In this document: positions 25,116 through 37,662 of the stretch, piece by piece
How positions within the stretch are numbered: the first letter of the stretch is position 1
How the letters are laid out: every line of letters begins with the position of its first letter
Assembly (NCBI GenBank): GCA_008632985.1
Contig: QPGO01000230.1
Span: 1 to 64,000 of the forward strand
DNA length: 64,000 nucleotides
Direction of reading: 5' to 3'
Source of the DNA: Psammoneis japonica
Lineage: Eukaryota
The notes under the pieces: generated by a model
Told to the model about the DNA's origin: nothing
What the model saw: only the letters and a program-made list of their open reading frames with translations
Database searches by the model: none
Made by a program: the position numbers and the translations under genes

Positions 25116-27353
25116 GGTTGATGGTTACGAACGGTGTAATTTGATGTTCTCGCAAACTTTTGTGTGGTTGTGTACGGAAAGTGAGTGAGGTGCGCGAACT
25201 TCGTATCGCTTTTTCACCGTTGTATAAAAGTGATCGTCACAACTGCGATCAACGTGTCTACAGACAGCTGTTTGTATTTAATCCACGTGGATTAACATCT
25301 GCACGGGAATTCAGATACAACGGCTGCTGTTACAATCTACGTGATCGAACAATGCATGTGCCGATCATCAGCGACGTGCTCGTTCCCTGGTCTACATTGA
25401 CCAACAGTGAGGTTAAATGTGCACAATTCATCAAATGCATCGCGTCTACATGTTCAACTCCCCAACCCGCGCTAAGGGGTCATAAAATGTCCCCGACGGT
25501 GTTTTTGTCAAAAATCCAGAATCCGGATTCCGCCGCCTTCGGGGACATAAAATGCACCCTCAGAGGGTGAGCAATGAAACCATCGGCGGCACGCAAACAA
25601 GTGCCTCCATTGGCCTTGCAACGTCTCCGCAACACGTTGCAACCTTGCCACAATGCTGCATCACAACATGGCAAATTTTTTGATCCGGAAGCAGTTGAAT
25701 TCTCAGCAACAGATCATGAGCGTCACTGCAACAACGACATGAAACTAACAGTTGCCTCAACTGGCAAGTTGTTGGGCATGCTGTGTTGCACAAAGCATTG
25801 TTGGTGAAGTTGTTGATGGTCACACACAACACTGTTTGTGCTGTGCAGCAATGTGTTGCATTGTGTGGTAATGCGCTGTAAAGTGCAAAGTTGCAGCACA
25901 CATTGCATTGTCACCAAATGTTTTGTCACTTGGCAAAATGCAACAAGCAGAAGCAGCTGTGTGTGTCACTGTGCATTGTGTTTCAAAATCCACCGCAACA
26001 TCCACTTTTGGCATCAACAAGAGTGACCATGCTAGAGAGTAAAGTGCACATGTTCCCTTTGTTGCCAAACCAATTCCAGCGTCTTGTTGGCACTGTCAAC
26101 GTGTGCCGAAAACTCTTCCGATTCCTGAGTGAACAGTTCCGTCGATTGCGCATGCTGCCGCTGCCACTGCTGCCACTTGTCACACAATTACAGCAATTGG
26201 ACCTGTCGCCACTGCCACTGCCACCTCTCAATGCCATTCACCGTTCCAGGGATTCGGGCCACTCCTGCCAAGTTGGGTGGATTGTTGACTCCATCGGCAA
26301 CGCGACAAACAAGCCCGAAGTTCCAAGCCCGGCACTCACTTTGCACACTTGGTGACTGGAGCAACCTCGTAGAGTCAATTCTTTGAGACTTTCAGGAAAC
26401 AATGGGTTGTGCCCTTGTCAATCTGTTGAGAACAAACCGAAAATACAACGCAAGCGTGAGAAACAAGTGGTGAGAATCGAGCAGACAGTGCAGAACGCGG
26501 TTTTGTCCATTCTTCCACTTTTTCTCACCTCTCTTTTCGTGGGTGCATTTCTTACAGCGAATGGCAATGCATTCTTTGCTGATGTGATTGTCAGGAAGCA
26601 TGTGGGCGCCACAATCGAGCGCCGCCTGTCGATGTTGTCATGGTCGATTTGTTGTGATTGTGTTTGGTGTTTGGCGTCGCAGCACGGGAAAACGTCGTTT
26701 TTGCTGTTTTTGGATCGGCCAGCTGTGCACACAACATTGACAGTACAATGTGTGTGATGCAACAATTGTCGCGAAAAATGCGTTGCGTGAGGGTGCACAA
26801 TGTGTCCCCTGCTCAGTTTTGGTGATCAATTTGGACAAAAAAGCTTTAGCTTTAACAAGCTTGCAGGGCATCAAAATGCATTTGGCAACCACATTTTGCG
26901 ACAATGGCCTGTTTTAGAAGGAAAGCTTCTGTTTTATCATGTCCAGGCAAGTTTCGCATCAAATCGTTCTGACATCTTAATTCGTGACTGAAAAGTGAGG
27001 GTACATTTTATGACCCCTCAAGTCACGGGTTGGGGCGATTTCAAATCGCCATGCAGTTGCCTCCGAGATAACTTCGGCATGGAAATGGCGTCCCAGATCC
27101 AATTTTGCGCTCTGTGTCCGCGCACTTACGCTCATAAAACACATCAGGACAGTCGACACTTTTGTCATCCACAAGCATTGCGGCCGAACTAGCCCTGGGA
27201 GTTACACACTCGTCAAGCACGAACGTCGTCTCACGTTCGTCGATGTTTTCATGTCATCTCTGACAAGTTGGAACGAATGGTCGTATTGCGAATCGTTCGC
27301 AAGCGCAGCAATCATTGCCACTGTTGTTACACACGGCGATGGCTCTGACAAAG

Positions 27354-27529
27354 TGAGCAAATTGCCCCGCAGTCACTTGCTAGAGAGTGAAGTCACAGAA
27401 AATCGTTGCAACATCGTGCTGCTGTTTCTAAGATTGTGAGTAGATCTCGGATGGAGTCTTCCCGTTCCAAGTCGCCAAACACACACTTCCAAACACTATT
27501 TCCGATAAAACCACATGGCAAATTCTTCA
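27354..27529 (-). repeat. 5' LTR (176 bp)
   Basis: Homologous to 19041-19216, TG...CA ends. Confidence 0.92.
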
Positions 27530-30500
27530 ACAGGCCATCACAAACTCATTTTCTTCAGAACGAGCAGCTCGTGCCGTCATCAGGAAATCTGTTGAAGGCA
27601 ACAACATGGAAGAAGCAACCGAGGAGGAGGTTTCATCAGCAGCCGCCGGTTGGACTGGCCCATTGGTGCCTTCTGTTGCGCAGCTCACACACAAGCTGAG
27701 TGCCTTGTGCACAGAAACAATCAACAACAGCAGCGACTCCACGGACAACAACAGTGATGAGGAGTTCATGTGCCATCCAGATGTTGTGGCCATTGTGAAA
27801 CTACACTGCAAGTGCCATGACAAGAATGATTTGGTGCCACTTGGAAAAAACAAAAAGAACATTCAAGCATGCTTGCGCCCGTGTTCATCTCATTGTCTCA
27901 ATGAGCACACAACAAATTGCACAATGTTTTCCCTTGTCCAAAGGAGAAAAACAAAACAAGACCCAAAGTCCAGTTTTAAGGGCTGCTGCGCTTCCACCCT
28001 GCAACTCCGGCAACAAGCCAACCCACACTCCCAGCACACTGGGTGTGGCAGGAGCATGTGACAATTGGCCAAGATTGGCACCACCCTCTCGCGATCATCT
28101 CATCGACAGGATTGTTGCAGTTGGTGGCCGGATCATCGGCCTGGGGAGTTGCTTCCTGGTTGTCACGGATGACGCACGCTAGCGGCATTTTCATCTCGCC
28201 TCGGCATGCCCGCAGATGCTCCTGAATCGACTCGATTGTCTTTGGCCAGTCCTTCTCGATGATCGTTGGTGGCGTTTCGGGCGGCACGTGGGTCTCCTCT
28301 GTGGTGCGGAAGTGTCGGCAGCCTCGCACTCATGCAAGGTTGATGTCGACAGCTCGCAATGTCCGCGACATGCGCTCACAGTGGCGAGCCACATGCGTGG
28401 CGAGCTTGAGATTTGTCTCGGCTCGCAATGGGACTGACATCCCTGGGTTGGGTTGGGCATTCCCTCCTGCCGGCGGATTCCCTGACGCAGCCCCTCCTGG
28501 GCGACGAATGACCTTGCATGAGGTCTCGACCTCATGGTCGTCAAGATGACGCAGTTCATCGACTGAGTCGATTCCCTGCTCATCGGTTAAAGCCGCGGCT
28601 GCTTGCGCGGTAAACCCCAGTCGGGTGTGGGCAGCACGCATCGCTGCAGCGACTGCCGCCATGGTTGATGGTTACAAACGGTGTGATTTGATGTTCTCGC
28701 AAACTTTTGTGTGGTTGTGTACGGAAAGTGAGTGAGGTGCGCGAACTTCGCATCGCTTTTTCACCGTTGCATAAAAGTGATCGTTGTGACTGCGATCAAC
28801 GTGTCTGCAGACAGCTGTTCATGTTTAATCCACATGGATTGGCATCTGTGTGGGAATTCAGATACAACGGCTGCTGTTACAATCTGCGTGATTGAACAAT
28901 GCATGTGCCGATCATCGGCGACGTGCTCGTTCCCTGGTCTACATTGACCAACAGTGAGGTTAAACATGTGCAATTTGTCAATTTTGTCATGTCTACATGT
29001 TCAACTCCCCAACCCACGCCAAGGGGTCATAAAATGTCCCCGACGGTGTTTTTGTCAAAAATCCAGAATCCGGATTCCGCCGCCTTCGGGGACATAAAAT
29101 GTGCCCTCAGAGGGTGAGCAATGAAACCATCGGCAGCATGCAAACAAGTGCCTCTGTTGGCCTTGTGACGTCTCCGCAACACGTTGCAACCTTGCCACAA
29201 TGCTGCATCACAACATGGCAAATTTTTTGATCCGGAAGTAGTTGAATTCTCAGCAACAGATCATGAGCGTCACTGCAACGATGACATGAAACTAACAGTT
29301 GCCTCAGCTGGCAAGTTGTTGGGCATGCCATGTTGCACAAAGCATTGTTGGTGAAGTTGTTGATGGTCACACACAACACTGTTTGTGCTGTGCAGCAATG
29401 TGTTGTGTTGTGTGGCAATGCGCTGTAAAGTGCAAAGTTGCAGCACACATTGCATTGTCACCAAATGTTTTGTCACTTGGCAAAATGCAACAAGCAGAAG
29501 CAGCTGTGTGTGTCACTGTGCATTGTGTTTCAAAATCCACCGCAACATCCACTTTTGGCATCAACAAGAGTGACCATGCTAGAGAGTAAAGTGCACATGT
29601 TCCCTTTGTTGCCAAACCAATTCCAGCGTCTTGTTGGCACTGTCAACGTGTGCCAAAAACTCTTCCGATTCCTGAATGAACAGTTCCGTCGATTGCGCAT
29701 GCTGCTGCTGCCACTGCTGCCACTTGTCACACAATTGCAGCAATTGGACCTGTCGCCACTGCCACTGCTGCCTCTTAATGCTGTTCACCGTTCCAGGGAT
29801 TCGGACCACTCCTGCCAAGTTGGGTGGATTGTTGACTCCATCGGCAACGCGACAAACAAGCCCGAAGTTCCAAGCCCGGCACTCACTTTGCACACTTGGT
29901 GACTGGAGCAACCTCGTAGAGTCAATTCTTTGAGACTTTCAGGAAATGATGGGTTGTGCCCTTGTCAATCTGTTGAGAACAAACCGAAAATACAACGCAA
30001 GCGTGAGAAACAAGAGGTGAGAATCGAGCAGACAGTGCAGAACGCGGTTTTGTCCATTCTTCCACTTTTTCTCACCTCTCTTTTCGTGGATACATTTCTT
30101 ACAGCGAATGGTAATGCATTCTTTACTGATGTGATTGTCAGGAAGCGTGTGGGCGCCATAATCGAGCGCCGCCTGTCGATGTTGTCATGGTCGATTTATT
30201 GTGATTGTGTTTGGTGTTTGGCGTCGCAGCGCGGGAAAACGTCGTTTTTGCTGTTTTTGGATCGGCCAGCTATGTGTACAATGTTAATAGTATAATGTAT
30301 ATAATGCAATAATTATCGCGAAAAATGCGTTGCGTGAGGGTACACAATGTGTCCCCTGCTCAGTTTTGGCGATCAATTTGGACGAAAAAGCTTTAGCTTT
30401 AATGAGCTTACAGGGCATCGAAATGCATTTAGCAACCACATTTTGCGACAATGGCCTGTTTTAGAAGGAAAGCTTCTGTTTTATCATGTTTGGGCAAGTT

Positions 30501-30900
30501 TCGTATCAAATCGTTCTGACATCTTAATTCGTGACTGAAAAGTGAGGGCACATTTTATGACCCCTCAAGTCACGGGTTGGGGCGATTTCAAATCGCCACG
30601 CAGTTGCCTCCGAGATAACTTCGGCATGGAAATGGCGTCCCAGATCCAATTTTGCGCTCTGTGTCCGCGTGTTTACACTCATAAAACACATCAGGACAGT
30701 CGACACTTTTGTCATCCACAAGCATTGCGGCCGAACTAGCCCTGGGAGTTGCACACTCGTCAAGCACGAACGTCGTCTCACGTTCGTCGATGTTTTCATG
30801 TCATCTCTGACAAGTTGGAACGAATGGTCGCATTGCGAATCGTTCGCAAGCGCAGCAATCATTGCCACTGTCGTTGCGTGCAGCGACGGCTCTGACAAAG

Positions 30901-31076
30901 TGAACAAATTACCCCGCAGTCGCTTGCCAGAGAGTGAAGTTATAGAAAATCGTTGTGACATCGTGCTGCCATTTCTAAGATTGTGAGTAGATCTCGGATG
31001 GAGTCTTCCCGTTCCGAATCGCCAAACACACAGTTCCAAACACCATTTCCGACAAAACCACATGGCAAATTCTTCA
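30901..31076 (-). repeat. Duplicated 5' LTR (176 bp)
   Basis: Third LTR copy, part of the 3547-bp duplication. Confidence 0.92.
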
Positions 31077-31599
31077 ACAGGCCATCACAAACTCATTTTC
31101 TTCAGAACGAGCAGCTCGTGCCGTCATCAGGAAATCTGTTGAAGGCAACAACATGGAAGAAGCAACCGAGGAGGAGGTTTCATCAGCAGCTGCCGGTTGG
31201 ACTGGCCCATTGGTGCCTTCTGTTGTGCAGCTCACACACAAGCTGAGTGCCTTGTGCACAGAAACAATCAACAACAGCAGCGACTCCACGGACAACAACA
31301 GTGATGAGGAGTTCATGTGCCATCCAGATGTTGTGGCCATTGTGAAACTACACTGCAAGTGCCATGACAAGAATGATTTGGTGCCACTTGGAAAAAAACA
31401 AAAAGAACATTCAAGCATGCTTGCGCCCGTGTTCATCTCATTGTCTCAATGAGCACACAACAAATTGCACAATGTTTTCCCTTGTCCAAAGGAGAAAAAC
31501 AAAACAAGACCCAAAGTCCAGTTTTAAGGGCTGCTGCGCTTCCACCCTGCAACTCCGGCAACAAGCTAACCCACACTCCCAGCACACTGGGTGCGGCAG

Positions 31600-34500
31600 G
31601 AGCATGTGACAATTGGCCAAGATTGGCATCACCCTCTGGTGATGCCGCGCCGAAGTGGCTTGAGATGGTGCGCATGCCTCTAACAGCTGTGCGCCGGGCC
31701 TCTCGAATGCTCGACTTGAACATTGGTTTTACCATGGCGAGCCAGTTTCGGAGTCTGTGGGTAGAATGGGTGAGATGTTCATCTGCCAAATCAAACAACT
31801 CTGCTTGATCCCAGGCCAAGCACTCATCTGCCCCAGAGTAAATCTCTTTAACCTCCGCCTCTGCGTCCCGTCGTTGCGAAGACTTTCTCATCTCTGAATC
31901 GTGTCCGTGTGCTGCATCATTGCAGGAATCCCACAATTCCCGCCATTGTGACCACACACAATTGCCAACTGTTGCCGCCCAGTCTAATCTTTTGTCTTTG
32001 TCGGACAAGGAGCAACACAAGCCGGAAGACTCCAAGTGTGACATTTGTGCCTCATTCCACAGAGAAGAGAAACGCCCGCTGAAAAATGTGGTGCCAACCA
32101 ATGTCGTCTTGAGATTGAAACAGCTCTGTGACACTGTGATGTGCACGGGTAGAATGGAGCAATTCCTCATTGAACCAACCTTCCAAGGCACACAACAACA
32201 GGTCTCGTGTGGACGGGGAAGTGTGCATGTCATCACATTTCTTCTGCAATCCTTGGAGAAATGTGCGCCGCCACGATGCATTGTGGGCACAACGCAGAAT
32301 GTGATCCCTGTCCTCAAGGGGATGTTGGCAGTGTGTGCAGCAGTTGGGGCGTGCAGGATTGTGTCTGTGGACAATCTTGTTCATCGGCAGCAGATCCTGA
32401 ACCAATTTCACGGTGCTCACCTTTCGTCGGATGTTTTGAGACATCAGTTTGGAATGAACTTTCCAATCGACAGATTCGCACACTGAGTCAGACCATCCAT
32501 GCTTCTCCTGCATGTGTTGGATCAGAGCTGGGCTGGAAGCTTTGCAGCGGAGAACTGATTTAAACTTCGAGTTCACCGATGCTGACTGGACATTTGGCAG
32601 TGCATGGCAATGGGGCATTCGGGGAGCCATTGGGGCATCTCCAGTGCATTGACCCTGAAACAAACCTGCCAACCCGTCGGCTCTAACATTCAATTTTGCT
32701 GGAAACGGGAGGGACTCGAACGGAGTGTTGTCATCCTGATGACTTTTAATCCACTGCATGTTGACGACGTTGCTTTCAGGGTGTCCATTGTGTTGGGCCT
32801 CCAAACTTGTCAGTGAAGCGAAGATTTTGTGGATGACGTCCCAGTCCGGTGCCAACGTGTTGGCGATGTGATTCCGAAAATCTTGTTGTCGTTGTGAATC
32901 ATCTGCATCCAATGGAAGCGGTGGGGGAGATTTAAAGTTGGCAACGTTGCGCACCAGAGAGGAGTTGTCACAACAGGCAGCCACACCGTGAGAGAAATGA
33001 CAGTTGCAAAATTCCAGCACTTGAATGAGAAAGCACAGAACTGACAAAAATCTGCGTGCTTCTGCACAATGCAAGGACGGTCGGAATCCGAAGACCGGTC
33101 CTGCACAATCCACCAGAATCACTCCGTTGACCGCTGGCGTCCAGCCAAAGGTGCCATTGAAATGCAACACAGAGCCATCACTTCCTGCTTCTGCACGGAA
33201 GCACCCAAGGGACTCCACCATTTCGAATGCCGACACGTGCATGGTGAGGTCACTGAACAGGGTAGACTCCCATGACGACAAGGACCGCAACCATTCGCAA
33301 AAGTCCCCAAGGACGGGAATTGTTGGTGGTGTCTGCACTGGGGACACAGTGGATTTTACTCGCCATCTGCCATCTAGAGTCGTGTCTGCCATGACAGGTG
33401 ATGCCAATGGAGACAGATCTGGAACCGTTTCCAACTGCTGCAGTGTTTCAGCGCACTCATCCTTGACTGGAAACACTTGATGACCCGCATCAGAATGGAC
33501 ACACAAAAACTCTTTGGAGGGCTCGTAATGGGCAGGATGAAGCACACACATCTGAGAGGCAGGGATGGTCCATTGACCTAAAGGGGTTCGGAGGATGGAG
33601 GCACCTTCGTTGCACAACAGAGCCATTGCTCGGTGCCATTGTTTCCAGGCGCGAAGAGACGGGCGTGCCTGTTCAACTGGATTGAGTGATGACGCGCTGC
33701 TTGTGAGGGAAGTTTGCCCTTTCAACTTGAGTTCATCTAAATGTTGACCATCGGGAAGAGCAACGTCTGAAACAGCAAGTGCCCGCAGGAACAGCCTGCA
33801 ATGATTCACCCACCCAATCTCCTTTTCAGAGAAAAGATTGGAGTCCAGTGCAACGTCCATGATGCATTGATCATTCTCTTGTTGTGTGGGAAGGACGCCA
33901 GTGAAGTCCAGTTCGAAGTGAGCATCCATGCAGGCGAGAAAGGATCTCATTGACATGAACCATTTGGACTCGGAATGTGGGAGTTTTGTGTTTACATCGT
34001 GCAGAAAGCTGGACCCTGTTCCAAGCTGGAACTGTGTCCACGCTGCTGCAATGCGGGACAAAGCATGAGGTTGCCCAGTGCCACGCCAGTGTCGAAGGAA
34101 CTGCAAACATTGAGCGATGCCCTGCTCCACGTCAAGAGAACGGAATCCTCCACCTCCCCAAGGTGTGTGGTCCATGTGAAACATCCCGCTTGGCATTGCG
34201 GTTGCAACCACACTTGGCAAACACAGTTCGCACAGCCTTTCGTTGAATCTCAAGCAGTTCTTTCAGTTGAAAATGTGCACTCGGAAGGATGTGCGTGGGT
34301 GGAGGCCAGGTGGCACGCAAAGTGGTGAGTCCATGCCTCATGACGGTCCAATGGACACGACCGGAGAAACAGAGAAATGTCATCACTTTTCGTTTTCAGT
34401 GCTTTGCACTGAGTCTTCTGAGTGCCTGCAGGAGATTTGCAATGGCCCAGTGTCTTGTGGGAGGAGCAAGCTGAATGTTGTGTGCTGGATCTTTTGGTGG

Positions 34501-37460
34501 ATCTGTCAGCGGAGTGCATTTCAACATCAATCTCGTCATTGTACGCCCAAAGGTGTGGCTCACCATCAGCAGCAAAATGCCATTCAACAGCATGAAACGA
34601 GCACTTTGGAAGCTCCAGCTCATGTCCTGCTGCATCCAGGAGGTCGCACCACAACTGATTGTCTTGCTGCACTCGAGGGACAAGGTCCAGCGCATCTGGT
34701 TGGGGATCAGCACAAAAGGCATCCACTTGGTTTGAGGTGTCGTCAACACACCCTCTGGTGTGCACCCGCATTGAGACTGTCCCATCGGGAGTTTCAAAGT
34801 GTGCCCCATGAGCTTGACTGTCAAACAGCCAAAATGAGCTGTTGCAAATTTGATTCCAACAAAAGGGTGAATTCCTGCTGCCCTGACCAGTCAAGAACTG
34901 TCTTCAACCAGTGTCTTGCGTCATGTAAAGTGGCGTTTGCCGTCTGAGTTGTTGATTTGGGCATGCCGTTGCTGCGGCTTTCGAGCGCTGTTAAAGCAGG
35001 AATGTTGCGATCATGGCATGAGGTGCAATCTCCATCACTGTGAATCGCAGTTTTCTGGGAGACTCCACCAATCTCAAGCATGAGTTCCTCAAGGCACACC
35101 GGTGTGTGAGCATTCAAAAAGGGACGCGTTCCGCAGATGCCTGGATTGCACAAACAACGGTGTTCCATGTTCTGCGCCAAGGCTCTCCATTTCACACTGG
35201 ATGTGAGTTGGAAATCTGCCTCACAGATGTGGACAACTCGGAGACGATGCATCTTGTTGTCACCCGGCTCTTTGAAAATCATGACGTTGACAACATCCTT
35301 CCACCTGTTGAACGAGCATCCCCAGCGCAGGGCACAGTTTAACAAATTCAAGCAAGTCCGAATCAGCCGTTGTTGAACTTCATTCAAATGCTGGCACTCA
35401 GGCGTGGGATCACCTTCGTGAGCAGCAGATCCTGAATGAGAATGAGATGCACACATTGCTTTCCAGTGTCCCAAATGAAGGCCCGAAAATGTAGAAGCAG
35501 ATGCAGTTTCCTTCCACACCTTGAGTTTCCCTTTAAGATCACACTCCGTGAGGAAGTTGGACACCGACACAGGTGAACGTCTTCGGAGATGTTGGACGAA
35601 GAGAGCAGCAGCGCTGTCAAGAGAGGATGCATCGCACTCTCCGTCTAAGATCAGGTCAGCCACAATCGTGTCACCTTCGCATCCGAGATCCACAGACAGG
35701 GGAGGAACTGCAGGAGGTGTGTCATGTGCCTGTCCAAAGTGTCGCTGATTCTGAGAACACAATGCCGCTGAAACGTTGTCTGGGGCATTGATCGTGATCC
35801 AATCCATGCACTCTTTTGGACCAGCAGCCGGGTTGCGAGGGACCTGCACGCTGTTGACTCCTGTGTCATGTTTTGCCTTACACGCATTGATCTTGCGAAA
35901 CAGTCGGGCGGTTTCTTCTGACTTCCGCATGTTCCAAATGATTTTTGCCGATTTGCGGGTGGCCGCTGCACCTTCTAGGTCCAATTTGGCGATCTTCCCT
36001 GCTGGTTCCCGTTCATGTTGCTCGATGCTCTCCTTTGCGACTGCCTTGCATTCAGCCTGTGCCTTGCGCAAGGCAACTTGACATTCATGAAATGTCTTTG
36101 GGATCGAGAATGAGCCTGTCAGCTTTGAACGCACCTGCTGGATCTGAGCAACATGATCAAGATGGCTCCTCATCATGGAGAGAATGCAAGCAAAGACACA
36201 TGCTCTGTGGCGGAGATCTGCCAACTTGACCGACCAGTCGGTTTCATGGTGGGATCGACACTTTTTCGCGGACGCCGGGGAGAACTGGAGAAGATCTCGG
36301 TCCAAGCGTTCTGCCAATTCGTGATTCGGAGCATCAGACTCAAGGAGCTGGGTGGATCTTTCCAATGCAGACCGGCCATCAAGCATGGGTCTGATGGAAG
36401 TTAAGTGCGAGGTGACCTGAGGTTTGGAAGAAGCCTGAATGTCGCGAAAGGAAGCTTTGGGTAGATCGACGGTGGGGTTCCCGAACAGTTCCATCGTGTT
36501 GAAGTCTACAAAACATGCCCAATGATCTGACGTGACACGGTGTCCAAATGCCTCACATCCACCCAGGCGAGCCGCAGACAAAGCTCCTGGAGATGCTAGA
36601 ACACAGTCCAGTCGTTTTGAGCCTCTTGTGCATGTGGAAAATTTGGAAACACCAAGGATTTGGAACAGGACGTCCAACAAATTGAATCGTTGGGCAAGTG
36701 AAGCCAGGGAGTCTGCATCCAGAGAGAAGTCCGCATTGAAGTCACCGAACAAGATCACTTCTTGGTTGTTCTCCGCTCGAAACTCTTGAAGCACACGCGA
36801 CAGGTCCGCACAGAAGGCTTTGCGGGGGTTGATGGAATTGCGGCCTTGTTGGCACAGTAAATGCAATTGTTGAGCGCAGGCTGTTGTCTTCACTGGTTGT
36901 TTTTGGTTTTTAGCACAAACTCTGTAGCATGAGACAAACATGACTTGTCGCCCATTGCGACCGTCAAAAACCTGAATGGACCACCGGCCTAACGGATCGC
37001 ACTCCTGGGAGCGGAATCGGGCCGAGATGGAATTGCACGACACAATTGCGGTGCCACCCGGTTTGCATTGGGCAGAAAAGGGCACAGAACTACAAGAAAA
37101 TGTGCCTCTCCCATGGAGAAGGGATTTCGAAATCGCAGACCTGCACACCAAGAGCACATCGAATTGGGTGGTGTCCAAACACATTTCTGACACTCCGACC
37201 ACGTCAGCTTGAATTTCGTTGGCGATCTGACAACAACCGTTGAGATCCCCGCCGCACTTGTCGAACTTGCATCCATTGGCGTTGAAGGCACAGAGTCTAG
37301 TGTGATGTGGTGGTTTGGACTGCAGTTCATGCCCGATTGATTCATTTGTCTTGAGACGGGAAAAATCGATCCTGCAATCTGCCGAAGGAGGACAGTGTCC
37401 ACCATCTGGCACGTGTTGCCATGCAATCAAAGGTGCAGCTGAAGAAGACTCGCCATTCAT
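31600..37460 (-). pseudogene. LINE ORF2 (AP endonuclease, RT, RNase H, CCHC finger), frameshifted
   Basis: AFNANG, GVSE, GDFNAD, RLDCVL, SDH (APE). RGCVDD (from GYVDD, RT). SDGS, CCDNSSLV, WIKSHQDD, NVRADGLA (RNase H). CTHC...DHILRC. Confidence 0.9.
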
Positions 37461-37662
37461 GGTTGGGCCTTGCTCCTCCAAGGAGAAGACTGGGGCTCAC
37501 AGCAATGCAAAGGATCTGAGGCAGTTTGAAAGGAGAACTTGCGACACCGAGAGGTGCATCGAAATGCGTGTGCCAAAGTGTGAGACTCTCGAAGTCTTGG
37601 GGCAATGTCTGGAGGATGCCCAATCGTTTGAGGGGGTGGAGGCGGCGAAGTCCAACCCCACG

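Larger units (their letters stand above)
19041..27529 (-). mobile_element. Full-length Ty1/copia (CoDi-type) LTR retrotransposon
   Basis: 176-bp TG...CA LTRs at both ends. Polypurine tract GAGGGGAC on the minus strand (19217-19224). PBS-like TGTCAGAGCC next to the 5' LTR. Domain order gag-PR-IN-RT-RH. Confidence 0.93.
24541..31635. repeat. 3547-bp tandem segmental duplication (24541-28087 / 28088-31635)
   Basis: Near-identical copies at a constant offset of 3547 (for example LTR 27354 -> 30901). Junction CACCCT|CTCGCG with 2-bp CT microhomology. Confidence 0.95.
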
